Positions 17,854 to 26,351 of a stretch of DNA of 64,000 nucleotides are shown in pieces. Source of the DNA: Chlamydiota bacterium. GTDB lineage: Bacteria > Chlamydiota > Chlamydiia > Chlamydiales > FEN-1388. The number at the start of each line of letters is the position of its first letter. Position 1 is the first letter of the stretch. The notes beneath the pieces are model-generated. The model had not been told where the DNA came from. It was given only the letters and a program-made list of their open reading frames with translations, and ran no database searches. The stretch is taken from contig JABDDE010000001.1 of assembly GCA_013287775.1 (NCBI GenBank), forward strand, positions 7,245-71,244, in the 5' to 3' direction. Made by a program: the position numbers and the translations under genes.

Positions 17854-18235
17854 GTGCAATTTTGTACACATGTGTAGCTGACGCTACACAGTGTACAAAT
17901 TGGATTAAAATGACACGGTAATTGTCCCATCAATCCAAATGGTTTCTCCGGCTCTGCTCAGCGATGATGTATGCGCTTTCGCAGTCCGGTGTTGTTGCGC
18001 CTGCTCTGAAGCTTGGGCGCCTGGAAATAAAGACGACATATGCTCATAAAGGAGCGTCAGCGGCGTCTTAGTATGCGCAGAACTTTGCGAACATACAAAT
18101 TGAGTTGCTATCATAAATACCTACCTACTTTGGTAGTGGATAAAAAACAGCACGAATATGAGTACTAGAGAGCGTCGCCTCTGTTCACCTCCTTTTGTCT
18201 CGACACGCTACACATTCATGGGCAAATTATTTAAC

Positions 18236-18272
18236 GGTACAGGGGCAAATTTCTGGAATTTGCCCCTGTACC
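18236..18272. terminator. Perfect 16-bp hairpin downstream of gene 18389-19114
   Basis: ggtacaggggcaaatt tctgg aatttgcccctgtacc; no clear U-tract. Confidence 0.4.
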
Positions 18273-18388
18273 TCTTATACGAGCCCCTTTGCCAAATGGG
18301 GCTTAATTTGCAACTGCTCAAAAACTTGAGGTAATGAGCAGATGCCTTAATCTGTTTCTACAGTAATCAATCAAAAACTACAACAATT

Positions 18389-19114
18389 TTATTTTAAATA
18401 AAAATCTGTTATCGATTTATTTTTGTCTTGCAAGTGGGCTGAGAACTCTACATCTGTGATCTTTTGGAGTTCGTTATATCGTTGTCGTGCTGCTTCGTCA
18501 TTGCCGCATGCTTTTTCAAGCGCAGCCTCTTGAAGGAGAGCGAAGGCGATAAGATGTGGATTTTCTTCTCGATCATTTAATTGTTCTTGTAACTGCTCTC
18601 GGAGTTTTTTGACGCGTGCAAGGGCTTCCTTTTGTTTGTCTTGACTTATGAGAAGCGCAAGAGAAGAAAAGGAAGCAAAGCTATGAGCACCAAGGCTTTG
18701 GAGCTGCTTGCATGCATAGTTTGCAAAAGGAGCCGCCACAGCCACCTGGTTTTTAAGTAGATACTCTTCAGCTAAGATGCCGCTACATCGCTTCTTTACT
18801 TGGGTGTTGCTATTGGCAAGTGCGTCGAGTGCTTGAAGAGGATTCTTTGTTTTTGTGTGTTCTTCACTATCATCTTGGTCAGCAGAGTTTGGCTGCTCCA
18901 ATGATTCCATATATGTTACTGCAGTAGTATACTCAGTCGCTGTTTTTTTCTGAGAGCGTTGCAGCACAAAGGCTATGAGAATTAAAAGAAGAACAACAGC
19001 TCCTGCATAGTAGGCTACTATTTTCTTTTTTTCGATAAGCTGCTGCATCCATGAGGAAGACAGGAGCTGTTCGTACAACGAAGGCTTTGATTCTTTGTGA
19101 TCTTTGTTAGACAT
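18389..19114 (-). CDS. Single-pass membrane protein with a helical (YfgM/TPR-like) ectodomain
   Basis: One TM (VAYYAGAVVLLLILIAFVL) followed by an alpha-helical repeat-like region. The family call is weak. Confidence 0.5.
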   Translation of the reverse strand: MSNKDHKESKPSLYEQLLSSSWMQQLIEKKKIVAYYAGAVVLLLILIAFVLQRSQKKTATEYTTAVTYMESLEQPNSADQDDSEEHTKTKNPLQALDALANSNTQVKKRCSGILAEEYLLKNQVAVAAPFANYACKQLQSLGAHSFASFSSLALLISQDKQKEALARVKKLREQLQEQLNDREENPHLIAFALLQEAALEKACGNDEAARQRYNELQKITDVEFSAHLQDKNKSITDFYLK

Positions 19115-19164
19115 GATGTTTTCGATTCTACGAGAACAAGGGGATTATTTGCAATAGTAATAAT

Positions 19165-19204
19165 GTCATGTGCAAATTTTCCTGACGGAAAATTTGCACA
19201 TGAC
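19165..19204. repeat. PE-1 hairpin element (consensus-like, perfect)
   Basis: gtcatgtgcaaattttcc tgac ggaaaatttgcacatgac followed by gaaaat. Confidence 0.95.
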
Positions 19205-19209
19205 GAAAA

Positions 19210-19397
19210 TGACTCACATGTGAGGTACTTGCAAAATTCCGATTTGGGCCAAAATTTGCGCTTTTGTCGCTGTGGAAAAACCTTTTGCAAATCGCCTACT
19301 CGAGGGAGTATGTCGATTTGCAAAAGGTTTTCCCCATCACCAAAATCATCAAATTTTGTCTCCAACGGAATTTTGCAAGCACCTCATGTGTGAGTCA
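19210..19397. mobile_element. 188-bp foldback MITE (family 4), copy 1
   Basis: 32-bp terminal inverted repeats tgactcacatgtgaggtacttgcaaaattccg / cggaattttgcaagcacctcatgtgtgagtca (3 mismatches). The two halves are ~70% complementary throughout. The second copy is at 33731-33935. Confidence 0.75.
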
Positions 19398-19469
19398 ATA
19401 AAGGACTGTGTGAGTCATAAGTGAGTCAAAATGAGTCATTTCTTAATCGATTTTGACTCAAATGACTCA
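19391..19469. promoter_or_regulatory. Cluster of six TGAGTCA heptamers upstream of the AlbA_2 regulator gene
   Basis: TGAGTCA occurs at 19391, 19411, 19422 and 19432. The complement TGACTCA occurs at 19454 and 19463. The cluster ends 43 nt before the ATG at 19512. Confidence 0.45.
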
Positions 19470-19511
19470 CATATGATATAGTGATCTTAAAAATGGCTCA
19501 CAGGGAGGTAT

Positions 19512-20882
19512 ATGAAATATCCTGAATATGAATCGGCAACGGTAGAATGGAAAAGTACGTTTCCGAAAAATGACCAAATCGCAAAACCAATTATAGGGTT
19601 TTGCAATCGCAGTGGTGGTAAGCTGATTATTGGAGTCGATAATACAGGCGATATAGTTGGTGTCGACGAGAATAAGATACAAGACTTGATGGAATATGTG
19701 GACAAGATGATTTATGACGCAGCTGCACCACCGATTATCCCATTGGTATATTCACAGCGTATTGGCGATAAAACACTTCTGATTATTGAGGTCTCAAGTG
19801 GTATGAATAAGCCATATTACCTTAAATCAGAAGGCTTGGAAAAAGGAACCTATGTACGCGTAGGCAGAAGTACCCTGAAAGCAGATGCAGGCATGATCGA
19901 AGAGCTTAAATGGCTCTCTCGTGGCCTTGCCTTTGATACCATGCCTGTCTATCATGCTCGAGAACAAGATATTTCCATTGAACGAGTCGAGCATTTTCTC
20001 AAAGAGCGTGAAGGTAGAGGTAAAGAGAGCGTAGCTGTTTCTAAGGAGCTTTTTTTATCATACCATATACTGGTAGAAGAACACTCAAGGCTGTATCCCA
20101 CGGTTGCTGGAATGCTCCTTTTTGGACGGGAGCCGCAGCATTTTTTTCCTGAGGCATTTATTATATGTACGCATTTTTCAGCAGAAGAGGGCGCTGAGAG
20201 GCGGACAATTGCCACTATGGATTGTACGGGAACCCTCTTTGAGCAGTATGAACGAGCTTTTGATTTTATCGTTACTCGATTGTATCGCTCTTTTGTTATT
20301 GAAGGGAAAAAAAGGCACGAAGAACTTGAAATTCCCCCTGTTGCAATCCGTGAGATTTTATTGAACGCCATTGTGCATCGTAACTATCACATACAAGCGC
20401 CTATACGTGTTGCTGTATATGCAACACGCGTTGAAATCTTTAGCCCAGGAGATTTCCCTGGACCTATAAATCCTAATAACATTCTCTCAGGGCTTACTTA
20501 CATTCGAAATGGCGCTATCTGCAAAGTATTTAGGCAAGCTGGATATATTGAAAAGCTGGGATCTGGTTTTCTTACGGTATTCCAAGTATATGAAAAACAG
20601 GCGCTTCCTGCTCCTCAAGTAGTTGAAGGGGATAATTTTGTAAAATGCATTTTGCCACGAAAAGCAAGTCTGGTGTATGAGGAGAAAAAGGATGTAGAGG
20701 ATGCCTATACCAAGCAAATACTACATCTATTCGAGCTCAGTAATGAGTTAAGTATCTCAGATGTCATGAATGTGCTTCATATCCCCCGTGCAACCGCTGG
20801 AAGACGCCTCCAGGCTCTTGTCAAGGCAGGTATTCTCAAAAAGGTGGGTAAGGCACGTGGATCGGCATATCGGAAGGTGTAG
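19512..20882 (+). CDS. AlbA_2 (Schlafen-like, 'divergent AAA') + HATPase_c_4 + C-terminal wHTH putative regulator
   Basis: N-terminus ESATVEWKSTFPKN..GFCNRSGGKLIIGVDNTGDIVGV, mid region REILLNAIVHRNY and a C-terminal HTH-like segment; GGGAGG RBS. Confidence 0.8.
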   Translation: MKYPEYESATVEWKSTFPKNDQIAKPIIGFCNRSGGKLIIGVDNTGDIVGVDENKIQDLMEYVDKMIYDAAAPPIIPLVYSQRIGDKTLLIIEVSSGMNKPYYLKSEGLEKGTYVRVGRSTLKADAGMIEELKWLSRGLAFDTMPVYHAREQDISIERVEHFLKEREGRGKESVAVSKELFLSYHILVEEHSRLYPTVAGMLLFGREPQHFFPEAFIICTHFSAEEGAERRTIATMDCTGTLFEQYERAFDFIVTRLYRSFVIEGKKRHEELEIPPVAIREILLNAIVHRNYHIQAPIRVAVYATRVEIFSPGDFPGPINPNNILSGLTYIRNGAICKVFRQAGYIEKLGSGFLTVFQVYEKQALPAPQVVEGDNFVKCILPRKASLVYEEKKDVEDAYTKQILHLFELSNELSISDVMNVLHIPRATAGRRLQALVKAGILKKVGKARGSAYRKV

Positions 20883-20960
20883 ATGGCATGAGCAAGTATA
20901 TAACAAAAAATTGAAATAAATTTTTTAATTTGATAAACAAGAGTTATTTTAGGAGGAAAT

Positions 20961-21602
20961 ATGACAAGCGTTGTCCAAGGACAAGGTCCTATACCAGAGC
21001 CAAATAGCTCAATGTCTGTACAAGATATAAAGATACAACTACAAAGTCTTGAAGCCCGAATAGAGCAGAACAATATTGGTGATTTGATAGCAACTGGAAC
21101 TTTTTGTCGTGGATCAACGACTGCTGGCAATGATATTTGGCTCAATTTTACTCTAATCGAGCAGATAATCGATAGGTTGAATACACTTTCTGTGGCACAG
21201 CCAGCAAATGCGGCAACTATACAATCCCTAAGAGAACAACTCAATAGAGTCGCTTGTCGTCTTATAGACGTTAATGATGAGCTGAGAAGGCCTACAGATA
21301 GGCCGTTTAACGATCCTACAGACCCTCAGGCTATGGTTGAACTGAGATCTGGAGATACGTACGAAGAGTATCTACGCAGGATGGAAAATCGAGGAACATG
21401 GGGTGGACAAACTGAAACTATAGCAGCAGTACAAGCGTTTAATCGCAATGCACGTGTGTATAATGTTTCCAATATAGAACAAGCAGGCGGACGACAGACA
21501 GTGGGCGTGATAACCTATAACACCTTGGCATCATCGTCAGCAGCGCCTCTGCGTCTTATTTATCGCCCAGGACATTATGACGCAGGGATAGTGGCACAAT
21601 AA
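20961..21602 (+). CDS. OTU-like cysteine protease (putative deubiquitinase effector)
   Basis: The C-terminal half YEEYLRRMENRGTWGGQTETIAAVQAFNRNARVYNV..PLRLIYRPGHYD fits the OTU WGG..E and HYD boxes. The Cys box is not clear (candidates C49, C98). AGGAGG RBS. Confidence 0.5.
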   Translation: MTSVVQGQGPIPEPNSSMSVQDIKIQLQSLEARIEQNNIGDLIATGTFCRGSTTAGNDIWLNFTLIEQIIDRLNTLSVAQPANAATIQSLREQLNRVACRLIDVNDELRRPTDRPFNDPTDPQAMVELRSGDTYEEYLRRMENRGTWGGQTETIAAVQAFNRNARVYNVSNIEQAGGRQTVGVITYNTLASSSAAPLRLIYRPGHYDAGIVAQ

Positions 21603-21604
21603 TC

Positions 21605-21659
21605 ATCATCATCATAGATGACCTCTGCCGTAGGCATGAGGTCATCTATAGATGATGAT
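21605..21659. terminator. Bidirectional hairpin between convergent genes
   Basis: atcatcatcatagatgacctc tgccgtaggca gaggtcatctatagatgatgat forms a ~21-bp stem with one bulge. Confidence 0.6.
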
Positions 21660-21669
21660 CGTATCCCAC

Positions 21670-22155
21670 CTAAACCATCGCCTCAGTTTTCTTCGCTACA
21701 CGCTTAGCCAGGTAGTTGCCCTGATACTGTTTGAGATCATCGATGTGGATGACCCATGCAGCACCTTTGCGAGATGCTTTTAAGTAATTTGCGCGCGTTG
21801 CGTAGTAGAGTTTTTGTGCAGGCACGTTGAGCAGCTTTGCTGCTTGGTTAATAGAATAATACCCCTTGTTATTGTCAAAAAGGAGCTCTCCATCAAATGT
21901 CGACTTGGTTCGTGAATATTTTTGTTTACGATATTCATTGAGATCTTCTAGATTGATCATCCATCGACTCGTTTCTTTGACGGCTCGCAGCTTTCTAAGC
22001 TTAATAGCTACATAAATAGCTTGACGAGTCACGTTATTGATTCTTGCAGCTTCTGTAATTGAAACAATTTTTTTGTTTCCAACTATGGAAACCACACGCT
22101 CTTCTTTTGAGCCATCGTGGCTACCGTCTTTAAGGTTTTTTATCACTGGTTTCAT
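21670..22155 (-). CDS. Tandem excisionase-type HTH DNA-binding protein, possibly the Euo-type developmental regulator
   Basis: Two HTH_17-like units: ITEAARINNVTRQAIYVAIKLRKLRAVK..W.INLEDLNEY and INQAAKLLNVPAQKLYYATRANYLKASRKGAAWVIHIDDLKQY. The Euo assignment is from memory of its architecture only. Confidence 0.55.
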   Translation of the reverse strand: MKPVIKNLKDGSHDGSKEERVVSIVGNKKIVSITEAARINNVTRQAIYVAIKLRKLRAVKETSRWMINLEDLNEYRKQKYSRTKSTFDGELLFDNNKGYYSINQAAKLLNVPAQKLYYATRANYLKASRKGAAWVIHIDDLKQYQGNYLAKRVAKKTEAMV

Positions 22156-22525
22156 AATATTTTTCCCATATTTTATTGGTTTCTAAAAAAGTAACTCGTA
22201 CGTATGGCCCTTAGGGATTGTTAAGAAACAACTCATACATTTGAGAGGGGGTTGTAGCGAATTATCTTCTGTGCCTCCTAGCTTGAAGATATTGCTTTGT
22301 AATATCTCCCGCGCAAGGTCTGCTTGAGAATGTAATTTACTCTAACGCCCTCTGGAAAGTACGATTTATTCCTTAACGACCCTTACCACATGGGGCAAGG
22401 ATCGTACGCATTTAATCAATTATTATATACCAAGAAAGAATTTATTGGCAATCCATATTTTTTTGATTTTTTTTGAAGCCAAAAATCATGCATTCGTTCA
22501 TAGTGCAGAAAAGGGAGTACAAATA

Positions 22526-24496
22526 ATGAAACATCTCTATAATATAATACTTTTTTCCATATCGTTACTTGTTTGTCAAACAGTTGCGGCTAAGCCTGCA
22601 GAGCTTTCACAGCAAAATGTAACGGATAAAATGCATGAAATTATGAGGGCGCATGTGCTCTACAAGCATTTTTCACCGCTTCTTGCAAAGCGCTCTATTA
22701 GTAACTTTATCGAGGCGCTCGATCCTACAAAGACCTATTTTCTCTTTAGTGAGATAGAAAGGTGGTTAGATCTCGATGAAGATGGTCTTAAACAAGTTGT
22801 GGAGGATTTTGAGCAATCTGAGTTTCCTCTTTTTACAGCTATTTTTGAGCAAATGGATCAAGCGCTTAAAAGACGTGATCTATTCGAAGAGAGGTTGAAA
22901 GGCGTGGCTCTGCCAAAAAACGTCACTCCCAAGGAATTTAAAGACATGAGTTGGTGTGCCAATGAAGCAGAGCTGTATAATCGGTTAAAACGCCTTCGAG
23001 CGCTACAGCTGGAGGCTGCGGGAAACATTGGCGATGATGCCACTTTGAGAGCCAAACAGCGACTTGCAAAAAAACGTAAAATCATGGAAGAAGAGTTTCA
23101 AAATACCGATCCTGTCCTTCGACAAGAAACTATCTGTACACATATTATGAAGGCACTTGCTTCTTCTCTAGACCCTCATACAATGTACTTTACTCCAGAT
23201 GAAGCGTCGCAGTTTTTGTTTTTAATACAGCAGCGCCTTGTGGGCATTGGTGTGCAGCTACGAGATGATGTAGATGGCTTTACCATTGTCAAGATGGTAG
23301 AAGGCGGGCCTGCAGAAGTGTCTAAGGAAATAAAGGTGAAGGACAAGATTATTGGGATCAACGGTGAGCCTGTGATCGGCCTTGATGATGCTGAGGTAAT
23401 CGATATGATCCGAGGCCCCTCTGGAACGCAAGTTGCTCTACGCGTTATTCGTGAAATAGGCCATGATGGGGCAAAAATGCAGCAGGTAAAGGAGATTCAT
23501 CTTACAAGAGGCGATGTTATTGTGAAAGAAGCTCGTCTCGAAACGGCTATCGAGCCATTTGGCGAGGGTGTTATTGCGCACCTGCACCTGCATTCTTTTT
23601 ACCAAGATGAAGATAGCTCTTCAACAACTGATATCATAAAGGCCCTGGGCGAGATACGCAAAAACTACAAAGTAGTTGGGGTTATGCTAGACCTTAGAAA
23701 TAACTCTGGAGGCATTTTAACGGAAGCGGTTAATATTGTTGGTCTTTTTATAAAAAAAGGCGTTGTTGTTTCTATTAAGGATGAACAAGGCAGCGTACAT
23801 CATATGAGAGATTTAGATTCAGAGCAAATATGGGATGGGCCTGTAGCTGTTTTGGTAAATCGTTTGAGCGCGTCGGCGGCTGAAATTGTGGCGCAGGCCC
23901 TGCAAGATTATGGGAGAGCGCTTATTATAGGGGACGATCACACCTATGGGAAGGGCACTTTTCAGACATTTACGCTGACAGGGGCGACTATTAATCCTGA
24001 AGGCGAGTATAAAGTGACGCGTGGCTGTTACTATACGGTGTCTGGCAAGACGCCGCAGCTTGTTGGTACCAGAGCAGATATTATGATTCCAAGTGGTCTT
24101 ATGGGGCTAGAAATTGGCGAAGAGTATGCAAAATATCCCATAGAAAATGACACCATAGCTCCGAGCTTTAATGATACCTTTAGCGACATTTCGTTCTTTC
24201 AGCGAGACAGGGTTCGAAGGCTCTATGGTAACAATGTACAAAAGCCTGACCCGCACATTCGGAGCTTTTTTGCCCTCCTTCGCAAAAATAGCAAAATACG
24301 ACAGGAAAATAACAAGGCATATCAACGCTTTTTGTTGGAGATGAAAAAGAGTGTGGATGAAATGGAGAGCGATACTTCCCTTGAGCATGCTCCCGATTTT
24401 CAGCTTCAAGAGGCGATGAATACGATGAAAGACTATATTATTGATGTTGTGTGCAATTTTCCTGCGGAAAATGTGCACACAACATCAATAAAATGA
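22526..24496 (+). CDS. tsp: Tail-specific (C-terminal processing) protease, S41 family, with PDZ domain
   Basis: Signal peptide MKHLYNIILFSISLLVCQTVAA, a PDZ domain (IVKMVEGGPAE..KDKIIGING), LDLRNNSGG and SASAAEI..GKGT. AAGGGAG RBS. The last 17 aa derive from a PE-1 copy. Confidence 0.9.
   Translation: MKHLYNIILFSISLLVCQTVAAKPAELSQQNVTDKMHEIMRAHVLYKHFSPLLAKRSISNFIEALDPTKTYFLFSEIERWLDLDEDGLKQVVEDFEQSEFPLFTAIFEQMDQALKRRDLFEERLKGVALPKNVTPKEFKDMSWCANEAELYNRLKRLRALQLEAAGNIGDDATLRAKQRLAKKRKIMEEEFQNTDPVLRQETICTHIMKALASSLDPHTMYFTPDEASQFLFLIQQRLVGIGVQLRDDVDGFTIVKMVEGGPAEVSKEIKVKDKIIGINGEPVIGLDDAEVIDMIRGPSGTQVALRVIREIGHDGAKMQQVKEIHLTRGDVIVKEARLETAIEPFGEGVIAHLHLHSFYQDEDSSSTTDIIKALGEIRKNYKVVGVMLDLRNNSGGILTEAVNIVGLFIKKGVVVSIKDEQGSVHHMRDLDSEQIWDGPVAVLVNRLSASAAEIVAQALQDYGRALIIGDDHTYGKGTFQTFTLTGATINPEGEYKVTRGCYYTVSGKTPQLVGTRADIMIPSGLMGLEIGEEYAKYPIENDTIAPSFNDTFSDISFFQRDRVRRLYGNNVQKPDPHIRSFFALLRKNSKIRQENNKAYQRFLLEMKKSVDEMESDTSLEHAPDFQLQEAMNTMKDYIIDVVCNFPAENVHTTSIK
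24443..24486. repeat. PE-1 hairpin element forming the 3' end of tsp
   Basis: gatgttgtgtgcaattttcc tgc ggaaaatgtgcacacaacatc; translated as DVVCNFPAENVHTTS. Confidence 0.85.
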
Positions 24497-24562
24497 TACT
24501 AGGAAACCAGAAATGCCTATGACCCAGTTTTTGCAGACACAGGCACTCCTCATTTTGTTTTG

Positions 24563-26197
24563 TTAGTTAGATATTGCCTTAATTAAGATGACTTGCAAAT
24601 TTGGCAAAGCTCGCCTGAGCGCTGCTATTTGAGGGTGGTCAATGCGACTGCTAGGGTTCAACACTATTAAGGTACACTGTGCTACTCGCTCGAACAGGGT
24701 AAGTGGAGGCAATCCATGCCGCCCATCCGCGTTGTAAAGGAAGTCATCTGTAACTGTTAGGTGTGTTAGCTCACGGCATCTTGCAAGTGGTAATAGATTG
24801 GTGTGAGGTATCTCCGCTACGTTGAGAGTTCTCAGTACAGGTGCAGCAGTTGCAACTATATTCATATTGGTGAAGTAACCGACATTGTAACCAGCACACT
24901 GTAGATTTAAATCTCTAAGATTATTAAATACAGGGAATGGGCTTGTATTGCCAATATCACCACACCGCGAAAGATTGAGGCTGGTGAGGTTGGGGGCGTT
25001 AATGTGCGTAAGATCTTGTATTTGTGTGCCGGATAGATTTAAATCTCTAAGATTATTAAATACAGAGAGTGGGCTTGTATCGTCAATATCAATGCAGTTA
25101 GAAAGATTGAGACTGGTGAGGTTGGGAGTGTTGATGTGCGTAAGATCTTGTATTTGTGTGGCGGATAGATTCAGGGTTGTAAGATGCTGCAGTTGACTAA
25201 TGGGGGAAAAATCACGTAAGGTAGCCCCATGATTATTTAGAAGATCTAAGCTTACAAGATTTTCAAGCGCTGGGAGATCGTTCAAGGAATCGATATGAGC
25301 ATTGCGAAGCGCTAAATGTGCGAGCCGGGTGGCTGATGCTAACGGAGCAAAGCTCTGGATATTGGACGCGCTGGTGTTATCTATCTCAAACCGAGTGAGT
25401 CGATTAAGTGTCACCAGCTGTTGTAGTGCAGAGGGGTTTGGCCCATTTGGTAGATGGAGAGCATGAAGATTAGGAAAAAAGTCAAAAAGTCGCAATATCT
25501 CGAGTTGCGAAAAGCTACATGGAAGACTAAGAGAAGTAACAGAGCGGCGGTATTGTTCAATAAACCTCATTTGTTCATCAGTCAGGGCATCAATTCTCTT
25601 ACTAAAAGAAGTCCCAGGAGTTCTTTGTAAAAGATTCTGAATATGCCTATTTTGGACCTCAGCGCTGGATGCAATGATTTGTTGTGCTGCCGATCTTGCC
25701 TCTGCCCTTATCTCGCTTGCAGCTATAGGTTGAGTAGCTCCTCTTCGTGACAAAACAGTGATAACATGGTGGAAAGCATCAGGAGTCGGACCAAGGAAGG
25801 CTATAATTTGGCTTGCAATAGGAGTGCCACCTCGAGATCTAAGGGACTCTAGTGTCAAAGGTGAAGTGGGACTGCTTGAAGGCGCTGAAGGGATAGACTG
25901 CGTTGAGGGAGCGGTAGCGGTAGGCTGCGTTGAAGGATCAGTAGTAGATGAGGAAGCAGAGGAGGGTGGAGCCGCTTGCCGGATTGTGTTTATAACAAAA
26001 TTTCTGAAACTCGCTGGGTCCGATGAGCTAAATGAAGTGCTGTTTAAAGTATTTGCTACACTCGCCGCGATAGTGTCTCTGTTTGCAATATTGCCAAGTA
26101 TGTCTTGAATAACAGGCGTAACATCATTCCCTCTTATCGGTTGTGCATTCCCATGCATCTGTTGCAGATTTTCGAAAATATTATTATTAATTTGCAT
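24563..26197 (-). CDS. Leucine-rich repeat protein with a Ser/Pro/Thr-rich N-terminal region (effector candidate)
   Basis: More than 10 LRRs of ~22 aa (LTSLNLSNCIDIDDTSPLSVFNNLRDLNLSGTQIQDLTHIN). The ATG at 26197 has a GAGGA RBS. A 132-bp internal duplication lies at 24902-25165. Confidence 0.8.
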   Translation of the reverse strand: MQINNNIFENLQQMHGNAQPIRGNDVTPVIQDILGNIANRDTIAASVANTLNSTSFSSSDPASFRNFVINTIRQAAPPSSASSSTTDPSTQPTATAPSTQSIPSAPSSSPTSPLTLESLRSRGGTPIASQIIAFLGPTPDAFHHVITVLSRRGATQPIAASEIRAEARSAAQQIIASSAEVQNRHIQNLLQRTPGTSFSKRIDALTDEQMRFIEQYRRSVTSLSLPCSFSQLEILRLFDFFPNLHALHLPNGPNPSALQQLVTLNRLTRFEIDNTSASNIQSFAPLASATRLAHLALRNAHIDSLNDLPALENLVSLDLLNNHGATLRDFSPISQLQHLTTLNLSATQIQDLTHINTPNLTSLNLSNCIDIDDTSPLSVFNNLRDLNLSGTQIQDLTHINAPNLTSLNLSRCGDIGNTSPFPVFNNLRDLNLQCAGYNVGYFTNMNIVATAAPVLRTLNVAEIPHTNLLPLARCRELTHLTVTDDFLYNADGRHGLPPLTLFERVAQCTLIVLNPSSRIDHPQIAALRRALPNLQVILIKAISN

Positions 26198-26310
26198 ATA
26201 TTTCCTCAGTATTGATTTATAATTTAAACATATCATATTATAATTTTCCTGAAAAGATTTATATTATATTTCAAAAACTGATGGTTTTTATGTTGTCGTG
26301 CATATATTTA

Positions 26311-26351
26311 ACGTCATGCACCATTTTCCGTAGGAAAATGGTGCATGACGT
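26311..26351. repeat. PE-1 hairpin element (perfect) abutting the stop of the HEAT-repeat gene
   Basis: acgtcatgcaccattttcc gta ggaaaatggtgcatgacgt; the stop codon is at 26352-26354. Confidence 0.95.

Noticed and set aside
17905-18114. 69-aa ORF in the 517-bp dprA upstream region, and the cacctcctt (anti-SD-like) string at ~18186
   Set aside because: There is no RBS and no recognisable family. The anti-SD-like 9-mer is isolated, with no surrounding 16S-like sequence. The region may still hold a promoter or ncRNA, but I cannot support a call.
19018-19365. ORFs 19018-19365(-), 19097-19393(+), 33755-33991(+) and 33676-33945(-), sharing METKFDDFGDGENLLQI
   Set aside because: They lie entirely within the two family-4 foldback MITE copies, are open on both strands and overlap real genes or a tRNA. 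They are repeat artefacts.
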